Sequence record: LC727699.1
DNA: 64,000 bases
Direction: 5' to 3' (one strand)
Shown here: one piece after another, positions 17,245 through 35,128 of the stretch
Layout: every line of letters begins with the position of its first letter
How positions within the stretch are numbered: position 1 is the stretch's first letter
Made by a program: the position numbers and the translations under genes
Notes under the pieces: model-generated
Seen by the model: the letters and a program-made list of their open reading frames with translations, nothing else
Told to the model about the DNA's origin: nothing
Database searches by the model: none

Positions 17245-17637
17245 ATGAATTATAATGCAGAGAAATATGCCGCACTGCTAGTTTCAATTGCAGCAAACAT
17301 TGACACTGTAAATAAACTCACCAAAGAAATTTTATCGTCTTCTGATAATAGGGATTTTCTCTATGATGTGCATCAAATGACTGACATGTCCCTCGCCAGT
17401 CTTCATACGCATCTAACTAAAGAAGTCGAAAAGTTGGTAGAAACAATGGATCTAGTTAAAGATGGTCTATATGTCCAGGATGTTGAACTCATTAAGGGTA
17501 AGGGAAACTGGCGACATATCGCGGATAATGAACCTACCATCAACGCTATTAAAGCACTGCGTAAACACATTGGCGAAATCAGTGCATTAGAAGCTAGAAC
17601 TGTTGTTAAAGGTTACAAGGCAGGTGTCTTAAAATAA
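17245..17637 (+). CDS. Early protein with C-terminal ribosomal L7/L12-CTD-like segment (130 aa)
   Basis: INAIKALRKHIGEISALEARTVV resembles the bL12 pattern VIKAVRxxTGLGLKEAKDLV. Confidence 0.55.
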   Translation: MNYNAEKYAALLVSIAANIDTVNKLTKEILSSSDNRDFLYDVHQMTDMSLASLHTHLTKEVEKLVETMDLVKDGLYVQDVELIKGKGNWRHIADNEPTINAIKALRKHIGEISALEARTVVKGYKAGVLK

Positions 17638-17699
17638 CATCGAATAGTATTAAGTCTATCTTCTAGGAGGTATACTTAATAAATCATGAGGAAAATATA

Positions 17700-18029
17700 A
17701 TGTCCAATATGAAAAAATCTAGTTTGAAAGAATTCTTCGAACATATCACTCAGGCTGATCCATTTAATCCTTATTCCTTCATCTACTCCAGACCTATGCA
17801 ATACGCTGGTGAAGATAGCGAGTACGCACTACATGTTACGTATGTGCATGGTGCAGCTTACATTGAAGGTCTTGTTGGCCATGAAGGAATCAGAATCAAT
17901 GTATTCTACAATAAACTCCAAGGTATTCAACTTTGGACATACTTTGATAACGAACCTCGTGTTGATTCATGGCCGTATTATCAAGTTGATGCAGCTTTAG
18001 AAGAAATCATCCGCCTAACTAAACTATAA
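17700..18029 (+). CDS. Early hypothetical protein (109 aa)
   Basis: GAGGA SD. Confidence 0.75.
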   Translation: MSNMKKSSLKEFFEHITQADPFNPYSFIYSRPMQYAGEDSEYALHVTYVHGAAYIEGLVGHEGIRINVFYNKLQGIQLWTYFDNEPRVDSWPYYQVDAALEEIIRLTKL

Positions 18030-18049
18030 ACTCTATTTATAAAAAATAG

Positions 18050-18268
18050 GTGAAGAAAATGATCTATCTGGGATGGTTTACCATTATCTTTGTTACAATG
18101 AGTCTATGTCTGTTTTATGTATTTTGTCACCGTAGTATTCGTGAATCACACCCAGGTGTAATAGAAAAACAGACTACTCGAAAAATTGTTATTTGGGCTG
18201 GTATTCTATTGGCACTCGCTTACTTAAATGAAATCAGCCGAGTCTATATAGAGCAGATGGTAACCTAA
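18050..18268 (+). CDS. Two-TM small membrane protein, paralogue 1
   Basis: Aligns with 20747..20956 (MIYLGWFTIIFV, FCHR, LAYLNEISRV). Confidence 0.8.
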   Translation: MKKMIYLGWFTIIFVTMSLCLFYVFCHRSIRESHPGVIEKQTTRKIVIWAGILLALAYLNEISRVYIEQMVT

Positions 18269-18325
18269 ATATTCAATAACTCCGAAATAATCAAAACTAT
18301 TTAATATATCAAAAGGAATATTTCA

Positions 18326-18613
18326 ATGTTCGAAACCCAAGTCGCTCTTACTGATGAACTCAAACAGACTTTTGATCAGATGACTCAAGAATTCATCCGT
18401 GAAAAAGGTTACATCACTTGTGAATTCTCGATTCAACAAAAATACCTCGTGGCAGCGCACGACTACGTTTATGTGAAAAACCGCGAGCTGCCTTCGTATG
18501 GAATGTGGCGTATCTTCAAATGCGAGGCATGTATCAGCCATAATGTGGATCATCCTTATCATGTCGAAATCTTGGCACTGGCGGCCATCGATACGAAGGA
18601 ACACAATATCTAA
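18326..18613 (+). CDS. Early hypothetical protein (95 aa)
   Basis: AAAAGGAA SD. Confidence 0.7.
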   Translation: MFETQVALTDELKQTFDQMTQEFIREKGYITCEFSIQQKYLVAAHDYVYVKNRELPSYGMWRIFKCEACISHNVDHPYHVEILALAAIDTKEHNI

Positions 18614-18663
18614 CAACTGGAAGATAATCATAATGTCCAACATACTAAATGTGAGCCCACCGT

Positions 18664-18969
18664 GTGGGAACAAGAGAAGTGATTAACATTAATCATGATC
18701 TACCTATCTGGATATTACTACTGTTAAGTACAGCTACATCATTCATCTATGCCTTTGTAAAAACCTTTCAACAAAGAAACATCTTTCATGGGTACAAAAA
18801 AGCTGCTTTCTTCACCTCATGGGGTATCAGTACCCTTGAGTTGACCACCATTGGACTATTTGTAATAGTGGGTCTTCCTGCTATCATATCCAGCGGTCTA
18901 GGTGGTTCGATAGGCGTCGTGTTGGCAATGACGTTCCATGATAAGATTTTTCGTAAAACAACAGAATAG
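18664..18969 (+). CDS. Small multi-pass membrane protein
   Basis: About three hydrophobic helices; GGSIGVVLAM; start may be the GTG at 18679. Confidence 0.7.
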   Translation: MGTREVININHDLPIWILLLLSTATSFIYAFVKTFQQRNIFHGYKKAAFFTSWGISTLELTTIGLFVIVGLPAIISSGLGGSIGVVLAMTFHDKIFRKTTE

Positions 18970-18980
18970 GAAAAAACATA

Positions 18981-19319
18981 ATGTCTAGGAAACTTGGAAA
19001 GAAACATCCTCGCAATCATCACGAAGATGCAAAGAAATACGAAACTCGGCTACGTACCGAGAAAGCTGAGTTGGCTAACTGCCGGCTTGGTCAACTGTAC
19101 TCGGTTCGAATCCTGAATGATAACTGCTTCTTGCGTAATCGATTCATGTGTCAGGAACAAGATATGTTCGATCCTCTTCGCTTGACCCGTGCTAAACGAG
19201 AACGTTATTTCAAAGGGGAGCGTTACTGGCTAAATGCCGCCGGCGCTAAGTTCATCCGTTCCGATTATGAAAAGAACTGGGCCAAAAACAAACGTAAGGA
19301 GATGGCCAATGAGCAGTAG
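18981..19319 (+). CDS. Basic Arg/Lys-rich protein (112 aa)
   Basis: AGGA SD; composition. Confidence 0.75.
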   Translation: MSRKLGKKHPRNHHEDAKKYETRLRTEKAELANCRLGQLYSVRILNDNCFLRNRFMCQEQDMFDPLRLTRAKRERYFKGERYWLNAAGAKFIRSDYEKNWAKNKRKEMANEQ

Positions 19320-19449
19320 TTATAATCCACCGGTGGACACCGTTGATGTCCTCCATATCGACTGCGAGTATGAAAAGTTCTCGTTTGGCAAGTTGTTCCA
19401 ACGAATGATCGATCATTTCGGTGTTCGAAACTCAAGGCGTTCTTACTGA
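19309..19449 (+). CDS. 46-aa hypothetical protein (MSSSYNPPVD...)
   Basis: AAGGAG SD about 8 nt upstream; stop overlaps the next ATG. Confidence 0.55.
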   Translation: MSSSYNPPVDTVDVLHIDCEYEKFSFGKLFQRMIDHFGVRNSRRSY

Positions 19450-19706
19450 TGAACTCTAACAAGCTACGAGGGATACTGACTGACCTCGGTATACTCCCAC
19501 CTCGCTTTGTTGAGAGCACCGATATCCGTGTCGGCAACTTCCGATTTCAGCGCTGGAAAACCCAGGTCCTCAAACCTGCTGCTCCTGGTTATCGGAAGTG
19601 GATTGACGTGGGTAGGTTAGAATGGGTGGAGGTTAAATACCACCTCAACAAATTACTTAAAGAGAATAATCTCAATATCCAAGAAGAAAGTAATCGGTCT
19701 GGATAA
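19449..19706 (+). CDS. Hypothetical protein (85 aa), possibly frameshifted with true end at 19791
   Basis: ORF track; +1 frame open from 19621 to 19791. Confidence 0.6.
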   Translation: MNSNKLRGILTDLGILPPRFVESTDIRVGNFRFQRWKTQVLKPAAPGYRKWIDVGRLEWVEVKYHLNKLLKENNLNIQEESNRSG

Positions 19707-19852
19707 CCTCCGGAAGCTCCTGTCAGATCAACTCAACCCGCCACGTCAGTTAACAGACGCTGTACGCGAGAAAAATCTTCACAGCAAGTAACGATATAAG
19801 GCCCCTCCCTTCGGGTAGGGATTGTCTATTCATTTCTTAACAGGAAATTCTA

Positions 19853-20188
19853 ATGGAAGACTTCAAAGAAATCGAGATTTACAGTATGACGTTCATCGAC
19901 CATTCGGAAAATGCTTCTCGTGTAGTGATTGCACAGATCACTACTTTGGATGATCGTACTGTTTACGGGGTAATGGAGGTCAATGGTTTCGGCGGTCAGG
20001 CCACTACTAATCTGCGTCGATTCGAACAGAACCGTCAACACGCTCGTTACTTCTTCACCAAGTCGGTAGCCACTGCTCACGCCGAGGCTTACGTCAAGTA
20101 CCTGAATGACGACATGGTCGAACAAGACTACCTCGATATGAATACCGGCTACAACTACACCGAATTTATGAACATGGTAAATATCTGA
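19853..20188 (+). CDS. Early hypothetical protein (111 aa)
   Basis: AGGA SD. Confidence 0.75.
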   Translation: MEDFKEIEIYSMTFIDHSENASRVVIAQITTLDDRTVYGVMEVNGFGGQATTNLRRFEQNRQHARYFFTKSVATAHAEAYVKYLNDDMVEQDYLDMNTGYNYTEFMNMVNI

Positions 20189-20195
20189 GGTCATC

Positions 20196-20750
20196 ATGGA
20201 CAAAAAATTGAAGGAATTCCAAGCAGTGACCCCTGGTGTTGATCGTTTCGTTTACTGTGAGAAGACTGACACCTGGCTTCCGAAGGCTACTCATCCTCTG
20301 GATTGTCACCGTAATAAAAACGCGATAACAGCATTCGATAAAGCCAACGAAGAAATTCAAGAACGTTGGTTCTACTGGTGCATTGCATGGGAGAAAGCTT
20401 CTGTTCGCCCTACAATGGAAACCGAACTCTGGAAGAACCCGTTCATCTCTGTTGAAGAACGACTGGAGATTGCAGAAGGCGCCATCGCGTTCCGTAACGA
20501 GGTCATCAGAAATCTCCAGGGGCGTTTAGTTTCGCCAACGATTGCCGAGTTCAAACTTAACGACGAAATGGTGGAAGCTATCTTGGATAGCAGTTACACT
20601 GTAAAAGATTTCGATCGGAACTCGGAAACGGGCGAAGTAGAGCTTCAGTATCAGATTTCCAATAACTTCCACAATCGCGAGTTGGCACGTGATACTGTTC
20701 ACCGTATCATCAATGCCCTCAAACAACTTACCCCGGTGCAACAGCAATGA
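20196..20750 (+). CDS. Early hypothetical protein (184 aa)
   Basis: GAGG SD. Confidence 0.75.
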   Translation: MDKKLKEFQAVTPGVDRFVYCEKTDTWLPKATHPLDCHRNKNAITAFDKANEEIQERWFYWCIAWEKASVRPTMETELWKNPFISVEERLEIAEGAIAFRNEVIRNLQGRLVSPTIAEFKLNDEMVEAILDSSYTVKDFDRNSETGEVELQYQISNNFHNRELARDTVHRIINALKQLTPVQQQ

Positions 20751-20956
20751 TCTACCTTGGTTGGTTCACCATCATCTTCGTGGCGATGGGTCTTGGTTTA
20801 TTCGGTGCTTTCTGTCATCGAATAGTTAATTCCACTAATCCTGGATTGGAAGAGAAGCGTACTACACTGAATATCGCTATCTGGACAGGTATTCTTCTAG
20901 TGCTCGCTTATCTCAATGAAATCAGTCGAGTCTTTATTGTAGGAGTAGTTACATGA
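20747..20956 (+). CDS. Two-TM small membrane protein, paralogue 2
   Basis: ATGA overlaps on both sides; paralogous to 18050..18268. Confidence 0.8.
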   Translation: MIYLGWFTIIFVAMGLGLFGAFCHRIVNSTNPGLEEKRTTLNIAIWTGILLVLAYLNEISRVFIVGVVT

Positions 20957-21195
20957 CATTACAAGAGCTGCGTGAACTTCTTTATAAAGAAGCTGGTATG
21001 GAATCAATCCATGCTAAAATTAAGCAACGGGCGCTCGCTGGTGATTCAGAGGTAAACTTCGATTACAGCAACGAGAACACGCCAGTTGAAGGGAAGATGA
21101 ATAATCGTCAAGCGGAAATCCTCCGTAAAGACGGTTACATTGTTGAATACAATAGTGCCTGTCTCTGGTACGAAGTAAAAGGATGGGATGAATAA
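20953..21195 (+). CDS. Early hypothetical protein (80 aa)
   Basis: AGGAG SD. Confidence 0.75.
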   Translation: MTLQELRELLYKEAGMESIHAKIKQRALAGDSEVNFDYSNENTPVEGKMNNRQAEILRKDGYIVEYNSACLWYEVKGWDE

Positions 21196-21461
21196 TGGGA
21201 CTCCGTTACATGGGTTATTCCGTTAAAGCAACTGTGACTGACCGTGAAGGCGAGTCGCATATCTTTGACGGCTTTGCCAAGCCTGGCGAGGGTAATTCGG
21301 TTTATCCCGGAGCTAATGGTGAAGGTGATAAGCGTCTTGCAGCTCGCCGCGCACTGGAAGCCTTCATGGATAGTCCAGTCTTCGAGGAACTAACATCGGA
21401 TATGTACGATACGTTCGATGTTCGTTTCAATTCTCTTGTGCACACTGGAATGCCGGAGTAA
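21195..21461 (+). CDS. Early hypothetical protein (88 aa)
   Basis: TAATG coupling. Confidence 0.75.
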   Translation: MGLRYMGYSVKATVTDREGESHIFDGFAKPGEGNSVYPGANGEGDKRLAARRALEAFMDSPVFEELTSDMYDTFDVRFNSLVHTGMPE

Positions 21462-21466
21462 TAAAA

Positions 21467-21904
21467 ATGTCGATGTATACCAAAGACAACGCTGAACTTT
21501 ACACCCACAAAGAAGATGGTGGTATTTACTACTACCATGGCTTGGCTCATGGTACCGGTGATCAACGTGGAGAACTGCTGCACATCTACAGTGATTACTT
21601 CACTGACATGATGTACTACCGTAACCACACCTGGTCTACTCGGATGGAACGCGTTTCTGCTCCAGGGCTTCGTCTGAGTCGTTCCTTGCATCCACGTCTA
21701 TGGATCACCACTCTGATCGGTTTGATGATCATTATCATTACTCAGGTTGTTTTCGGCACCGAGTTCAATGCAATCACTCTCCAAGAGATTGTCGGTACAG
21801 CCGTCGCTGGTGTACTGGCACTGGGTCTTCCGAGTTTCATCCTGCACCAACTGTACAAGTGGAAGTACAAGAAACCTGTTAAACAGAAGTCCGAAGCGGC
21901 ATAA
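21467..21904 (+). CDS. Protein with DUF1653-like N-terminal domain and two TM helices (145 aa)
   Basis: YTHKEDGGIY...A...ELLHIYSD...MYYR pattern; two hydrophobic helices. Confidence 0.55.
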   Translation: MSMYTKDNAELYTHKEDGGIYYYHGLAHGTGDQRGELLHIYSDYFTDMMYYRNHTWSTRMERVSAPGLRLSRSLHPRLWITTLIGLMIIIITQVVFGTEFNAITLQEIVGTAVAGVLALGLPSFILHQLYKWKYKKPVKQKSEAA

Positions 21905-22076
21905 AAGGAAATCCCCATTGGCCGCTAAACCAATGGGGTTCCAAACAGTGCATTCGCGACTACACTGTCAGCAGGTGTCGTCCAAGAGAACTGCGGATTA
22001 GCTACTTACCCCTCGTGGGCATTTTCACTAGCAGTATTATAACAACACCGTACGTTCTGAAAAGATTAGCCCTCCT

Positions 22077-22424
22077 GTGCAACCAGGAGGGCTATATGTC
22101 GTCAAGTTTAAGCTTGACTTTTTGCCCAAATGGGCCCACTTGCAGAGGAGACTCCTAATGAAAGTCTTTGAAACAAGTTCCAGACCAGATCCCCACCACG
22201 GGTACTTGACTGGTCTAGAGGTAACAGCATTCAATGGTAAGCCGATCGTCTATGGGCGAAATGAGCTAATCAAAATTGCTGTATATGATAATAAAACTTT
22301 CCTAGGTTACATTGGCGATGGTCAGCTTGTAAACAAGATTTCCGATGCTAAATGGATTGACGGATCGTCTAACTATCATATTAATTCTAACTCCAGTAAT
22401 CTTTTGTTCGCTAGAGTTGCTTAA
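22077..22424 (+). CDS. Hypothetical protein (115 aa)
   Basis: ORF track; start uncertain. Confidence 0.5.
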   Translation: MQPGGLYVVKFKLDFLPKWAHLQRRLLMKVFETSSRPDPHHGYLTGLEVTAFNGKPIVYGRNELIKIAVYDNKTFLGYIGDGQLVNKISDAKWIDGSSNYHINSNSSNLLFARVA

Positions 22425-22431
22425 CTTCAAA

Positions 22432-22456
22432 TACCCTCTTCATTGCGAAGAGGGTA
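22432..22456. terminator. Bidirectional terminator between convergent genes
   Basis: TACCCTCTTC-ATTGC-GAAGAGGGTA. Confidence 0.75.
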
Positions 22457-22477
22457 ACGTATTATTATTTTTTTTGT

Positions 22478-24631
22478 TTAATACCAACTATTTCTAGAAT
22501 ATCTGTTAATACGCACTCTACGTGTACGCTCTGTACGAGCTTGATTTAACATGGCATCAATACCTACACCACTGCTATCATCAATATTAACACGTTTAGA
22601 CAATTGTTTCAAACGCATTTCTAATTTAGCTGCAATCATCGGGTTCTTTTCACCGCGAAGCTGCTCAATTATCTCTTCAAATTCTTTGCGACCTTGCTGT
22701 TCTTTCTCTTCATGATATTTTTCAAGTTGACTTGGTTCTTTATCACGTAATTTTGATTTACCTAAGATGGGAACATTGATACCATAATAAGATAAATTCT
22801 TACCTTGTATTAATAACCAATGGGCTAATAATAATGATACCACTAAGTCATCATGGTTCCCCTTAGCATGGTCAATTCTACCATTACGGATAGTAAGTGC
22901 TAATAACTCCGTGCTAAGTGGTTTATCATAGATGGTCCTTACCCCATAATGCATTGCTGATGGTAATGCCACCTTAAATAGATTATCACGAGAATACTCG
23001 CCAGTACCTGACGTTGCATAGCCAAAATAACGTTTAAACCTATCATAGAACGATGGTTGTCTTGTTGATAACGGAGTTTGAATGTCTCTGAAATCATTTT
23101 CTCTTTCTGATGATTCATTGACAATTCTGTTAAAGATACGCCGGAATGGATCTACTCCTTTAGTATGTAGAATCAAGATAACATGGTCAATTAACGATAT
23201 ACCTATTGATTTACGTTCTGGTATCCAAAGAATATTAGGATATCTCAATAGCATTGTTGCAAAGAAATTACCCATTGATGGCACTGATGATTCATTGTAT
23301 CTACCAACACACATAACCTCATGTGTTTCTACGTCAACTACAACTGTGCCGGTGGCGTCATTATCTTCACCAAGAAGTTCAGATGGGTCGGTACCCATAA
23401 CGAACCTACCTTTCATCATCCGTGAGGCTACTTCTTCTTTTGGTATATACCAACGAAGTGTGTAACCATCATCCGTGATTTCTGTCCAGCTTGGCTCACG
23501 CATATTGTTTTTAAGTTTATCTTTCTCATCTGATGATAAGGGTGAACCTTCACCACCAACTGTCCAAATATTGAAGAAGTCCCTATCGGCAATTTCACCG
23601 AATGAACCTGATTCACGAAGTGTGTTATATAACCACTCATCGGTACGTCCTAATTGACGGTGGTTAAATGCACCATAAACTAGAGGTTTCTTTCCAGTAG
23701 TGCCTTTTTCTACAACACGATGTAGAGTTTTCTGATCTGGTAGATCAAAGAATTCCTCTGACCATGGGCAGCCACCTGTTAAGAAGTGATATGCAAATTC
23801 ACCATCACGGGTAGTGATGTTACCAGCTGTAGTTGTATAGATGTTACCATAAGGCTGGTTCTCACGGCGAGCTTCATCACGAGCTGCTGAACCTGACGCA
23901 AGTGCAACAGGTAGTGAAACACCAATTAAATTAATATATGCAAGTTCGTCAAAGTGCATATTTGGTACTGTAAGACCACGACCTAATTTATCAGCTGCGT
24001 TAACATCATTTCGACCAACAGCTGTTAAATACCTATTACCTAATCTAATACATGTCATCAATTCGGAGTTATCCGCATCTAATGGATCGGTATAGTGGAT
24101 ATACTCTGGTAACAAATCACGCATTACTTTTAGACGCTCGATGTTAGCATTGCGTAGTTTGTTATCTTTAGTAATAAGGTTAATCTTAGTGTTCTCGCCC
24201 CAGATATACATCATGCCTGTATTGAGCACGTCAGTTGATACGGACTTACCTGTCTGACGAGGCTGTAATAAACCAAAATCTACGTGATTGAAATAACACC
24301 AGAATAAAGCAATATTACCACGGTTAGCTTGGAATGGAATTGGGTTATTACCCGAGTTAGGGGGGATTCTTGCCACTTCCCTAAAAAAATACCAAGGATT
24401 ATATTTGCATTCCATGTTAATACGGAACTTCATTTCTTCGCTAAGATTAGGGTCATATGGATCCACCCCAATTAAACCTTGGTCCAATATAGCTAGTATA
24501 AATTTGTAATTTTTAATACCCATCTTTTTATAAGTTAAAGCTAACTTTATAAAAGATTTATTTTTAGTAGTAAGATCAACACTAGCGCTGTAGTATTTAT
24601 CCCAATCACTATTGAAAAGTATAACGTCCAT
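22478..24631 (-). CDS. terL: Terminase large subunit (phiKZ gp25-like)
   Basis: Walker A LLQPRQTGKS, Walker B HFDE, nuclease GTDPS, WIPERKS, HDDLVVS. Confidence 0.95.
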   Translation of the reverse strand: MDVILFNSDWDKYYSASVDLTTKNKSFIKLALTYKKMGIKNYKFILAILDQGLIGVDPYDPNLSEEMKFRINMECKYNPWYFFREVARIPPNSGNNPIPFQANRGNIALFWCYFNHVDFGLLQPRQTGKSVSTDVLNTGMMYIWGENTKINLITKDNKLRNANIERLKVMRDLLPEYIHYTDPLDADNSELMTCIRLGNRYLTAVGRNDVNAADKLGRGLTVPNMHFDELAYINLIGVSLPVALASGSAARDEARRENQPYGNIYTTTAGNITTRDGEFAYHFLTGGCPWSEEFFDLPDQKTLHRVVEKGTTGKKPLVYGAFNHRQLGRTDEWLYNTLRESGSFGEIADRDFFNIWTVGGEGSPLSSDEKDKLKNNMREPSWTEITDDGYTLRWYIPKEEVASRMMKGRFVMGTDPSELLGEDNDATGTVVVDVETHEVMCVGRYNESSVPSMGNFFATMLLRYPNILWIPERKSIGISLIDHVILILHTKGVDPFRRIFNRIVNESSERENDFRDIQTPLSTRQPSFYDRFKRYFGYATSGTGEYSRDNLFKVALPSAMHYGVRTIYDKPLSTELLALTIRNGRIDHAKGNHDDLVVSLLLAHWLLIQGKNLSYYGINVPILGKSKLRDKEPSQLEKYHEEKEQQGRKEFEEIIEQLRGEKNPMIAAKLEMRLKQLSKRVNIDDSSGVGIDAMLNQARTERTRRVRINRYSRNSWY

Positions 24632-24738
24632 ACACTGCCCTTTAAGGTACTTATTTTAATGTGCCATAATAAAGCCGTATTGAACGGCAATTGTAAAGTA
24701 TAGTCTCATATGGATAATGTGTTAAAAGACGTTATAAA

Positions 24739-24763
24739 GCCCCCTAGGTGGTTCCTAGGGGGC
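24739..24763. terminator. Terminator hairpin
   Basis: GCCCCCTAGG-TGGTT-CCTAGGGGGC. Confidence 0.7.
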
Positions 24764-24770
24764 AGTATAT

Positions 24771-30101
<5,331 letters not shown>

Positions 30102-30178
30102 TACCGCTACTCCTTAAATGGATAGTAAAAAATAACTAGTATGGTCAACTATGATTAATATCTATGATTGACTGTTAG

Positions 30179-32317
<2,139 letters not shown>

Positions 32318-32345
32318 GTGGGTGGCTTTCAGAATGAGGAAAAGT

Positions 32346-33229
<884 letters not shown>

Positions 33230-33230
<1 letters not shown>

Positions 33231-33412
33231 TGGCAAAAGTATATCCGATGGTCCCACCTGGGAAGACTCGCAACCAAGATCAGAACTTTGATATCAATGC
33301 ATTCTTTTCTCCCGATGTAGTTGCGGCTGGCAATGGTCTGGTTAGTCAACTTCGGCGAAATGCTCAAACTGAAAAGAATGAGCAGACTGTCGGTACTAAC
33401 CAAAAAAGCTAA
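33230..33412 (+). CDS. 60-aa hypothetical protein
   Basis: TAATG coupling to the tube gene; ends before a terminator. Confidence 0.6.
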
Positions 33413-33420
33413 AGCATATC

Positions 33421-33438
33421 GCCTCCCTTCGGGGAGGC
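33421..33438 (+). terminator. Intrinsic terminator
   Basis: GCCTCCC-TTCG-GGGAGGC-TTTATGTT. Confidence 0.85.
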
Positions 33439-33461
33439 TTTATGTTGTTAAAAACTATGCT

Positions 33462-33486
33462 AAAAAATAATTAAGATATATATTAC
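33462..33486 (+). promoter_or_regulatory. Early promoter, AGAT-type
   Basis: AAAAAATAATTAAGATATATATTAC. Confidence 0.7.
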
Positions 33487-33539
33487 ATGTTTGCTTATTC
33501 AATAAGTAAAACTAGATTGTAAATTTTAGAGAGGTTAAA

Positions 33540-34736
33540 ATGAAAATTAATGAACTTACAAATACTGATTTATTATTAGAAAACCACACTATTAATAAAA
33601 TTGATTGTTTACTAGGATTACTTTATAAACATAACTTCGATAAAGAATTTACATCTAAAATTAATTTTGGTATTCTAACGCAAATGACATATCAGAAGGA
33701 TGATGTCAGTTTCGTAGTGAAGCCTAGCTTTGAACAAGGTTTTATTAATATCACTTTTAGCAATGATACATCATGGAATGTTAATTTTGCACTCATCGAT
33801 GGTAAACCTAAATACATTGGTTATACTGATCAAGAAGTGACAATTGAAGAGCCGCATAGCAGGGAATATTACACTCTAACAAGTGAGAGTATTCGGCAAT
33901 TAACAATTCAAGTATTAATTAATACATGGTATCAAGTAAATAATATTCCAAGCGAAGTATACGAGTATCAACATCACTGGAAACTGGATAAAAATATTCT
34001 TAACGATGATGATATTATTCGATACTATTATCGTTTCATTTTAGCTACCTATTGGGGAATGCCAACACCTGATAGACAAGCTACATTTGAAAAGTGGTTA
34101 GAAAATGACATTGCAAATGGGGAAGGTGATGACACAACTAATAGTCATTTAAAATGGCTATTCAAACAGGATCATTCTAATATTACTGAAACAACTAATG
34201 TTAGAGATGAAATTAATGCATGTAGCATCCACCACATTTATCCGTCAGGCAATATTACGTGTGTTTTAACTGATAATAAGAAACCCACACGTTGGCGAGA
34301 ATATGTAATGCATGCCTTCTATAAAACCATTGGGTATACTTGGGTTAATCCAATTGAACTATATTGGCATAAAGGTACTTCTGTGGAGTATGTTAGTTTA
34401 GAAACGGTTAATGCCAACCTTTTACTAGCTGCAAATATTTTCACTGTATACAGTAATTGGAATATTACGGAAAATAGCCATACTTCAGATAACTCTGTAT
34501 CTATCCCAGCTATTAACCTATTTTGCATCAATAGTGAAAATAGTCAATATGCAGTATCCTTTAAGAATAAAAATAATAACTCTTATGAATTATTTGATTC
34601 ATTATCCTTAAGTGGAAATCAAATAATTTCATACACTGAAACCGCTATTGAGAAATCTAATTGTTCTGGTCCATTGAAATTTGTAAGTGATCACGTTATC
34701 AAGTTTATTTGTAAGGAACTAACAACGTGTCGATGA
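33540..34736 (+). CDS. AT-rich hypothetical protein (398 aa)
   Basis: GAGG SD; behind early promoter. Confidence 0.8.
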   Translation: MKINELTNTDLLLENHTINKIDCLLGLLYKHNFDKEFTSKINFGILTQMTYQKDDVSFVVKPSFEQGFINITFSNDTSWNVNFALIDGKPKYIGYTDQEVTIEEPHSREYYTLTSESIRQLTIQVLINTWYQVNNIPSEVYEYQHHWKLDKNILNDDDIIRYYYRFILATYWGMPTPDRQATFEKWLENDIANGEGDDTTNSHLKWLFKQDHSNITETTNVRDEINACSIHHIYPSGNITCVLTDNKKPTRWREYVMHAFYKTIGYTWVNPIELYWHKGTSVEYVSLETVNANLLLAANIFTVYSNWNITENSHTSDNSVSIPAINLFCINSENSQYAVSFKNKNNNSYELFDSLSLSGNQIISYTETAIEKSNCSGPLKFVSDHVIKFICKELTTCR

Positions 34737-35089
34737 AGAATGAAATTGATAGTTTAACTAAAATTATTAATGATTTATTAAAAGAGCACTTTACTAATCG
34801 TAAAGAATTTATTACGAAGATTGGTAATAAACGTATAGTCGTTCCGGGTGCTCTAGTTTTCTTCAAAAAGTTACGTGGAGAAATTACGGCTAAGGTTTAT
34901 GCAAAGCGTAAAGTAGATGGTGGCTATCATGAGCCAGCTATTAGCACTGTATGCGTTAGTAATACAAATGTATCATGGGGTGGATTCAGTGGTACCCCGC
35001 GTAAGGAAATTAAAGATAGTTTAACTATTTTTACTTATGTGGCTATTTACGATGCTCTGAAAAATTTATGTAATGATCAATCTAGCTAA
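34727..35089 (+). CDS. Hypothetical protein (120 aa)
   Basis: AAGGA SD. Confidence 0.7.
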   Translation: MSMKNEIDSLTKIINDLLKEHFTNRKEFITKIGNKRIVVPGALVFFKKLRGEITAKVYAKRKVDGGYHEPAISTVCVSNTNVSWGGFSGTPRKEIKDSLTIFTYVAIYDALKNLCNDQSS

Positions 35090-35107
35090 TGTTACTTAAC
35101 AGCATAA

Positions 35108-35128
35108 GCCCTCCCATTGCGGGAGGGC
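35108..35128. terminator. Bidirectional terminator
   Basis: GCCCTCCC-ATTGC-GGGAGGGC; 34-bp context nearly identical to 44802-44835. Confidence 0.8.

Noticed and set aside
10661-21691. Minus-strand ORFs across the early block (10661, 11800, 12959, 13503, 13732, 14072, 15564, 16621, 18323, 19850, 21302 and others)
   Set aside because: Antisense to SD-bearing + strand genes; C-ending codon bias on the + strand leaves the antisense frames open
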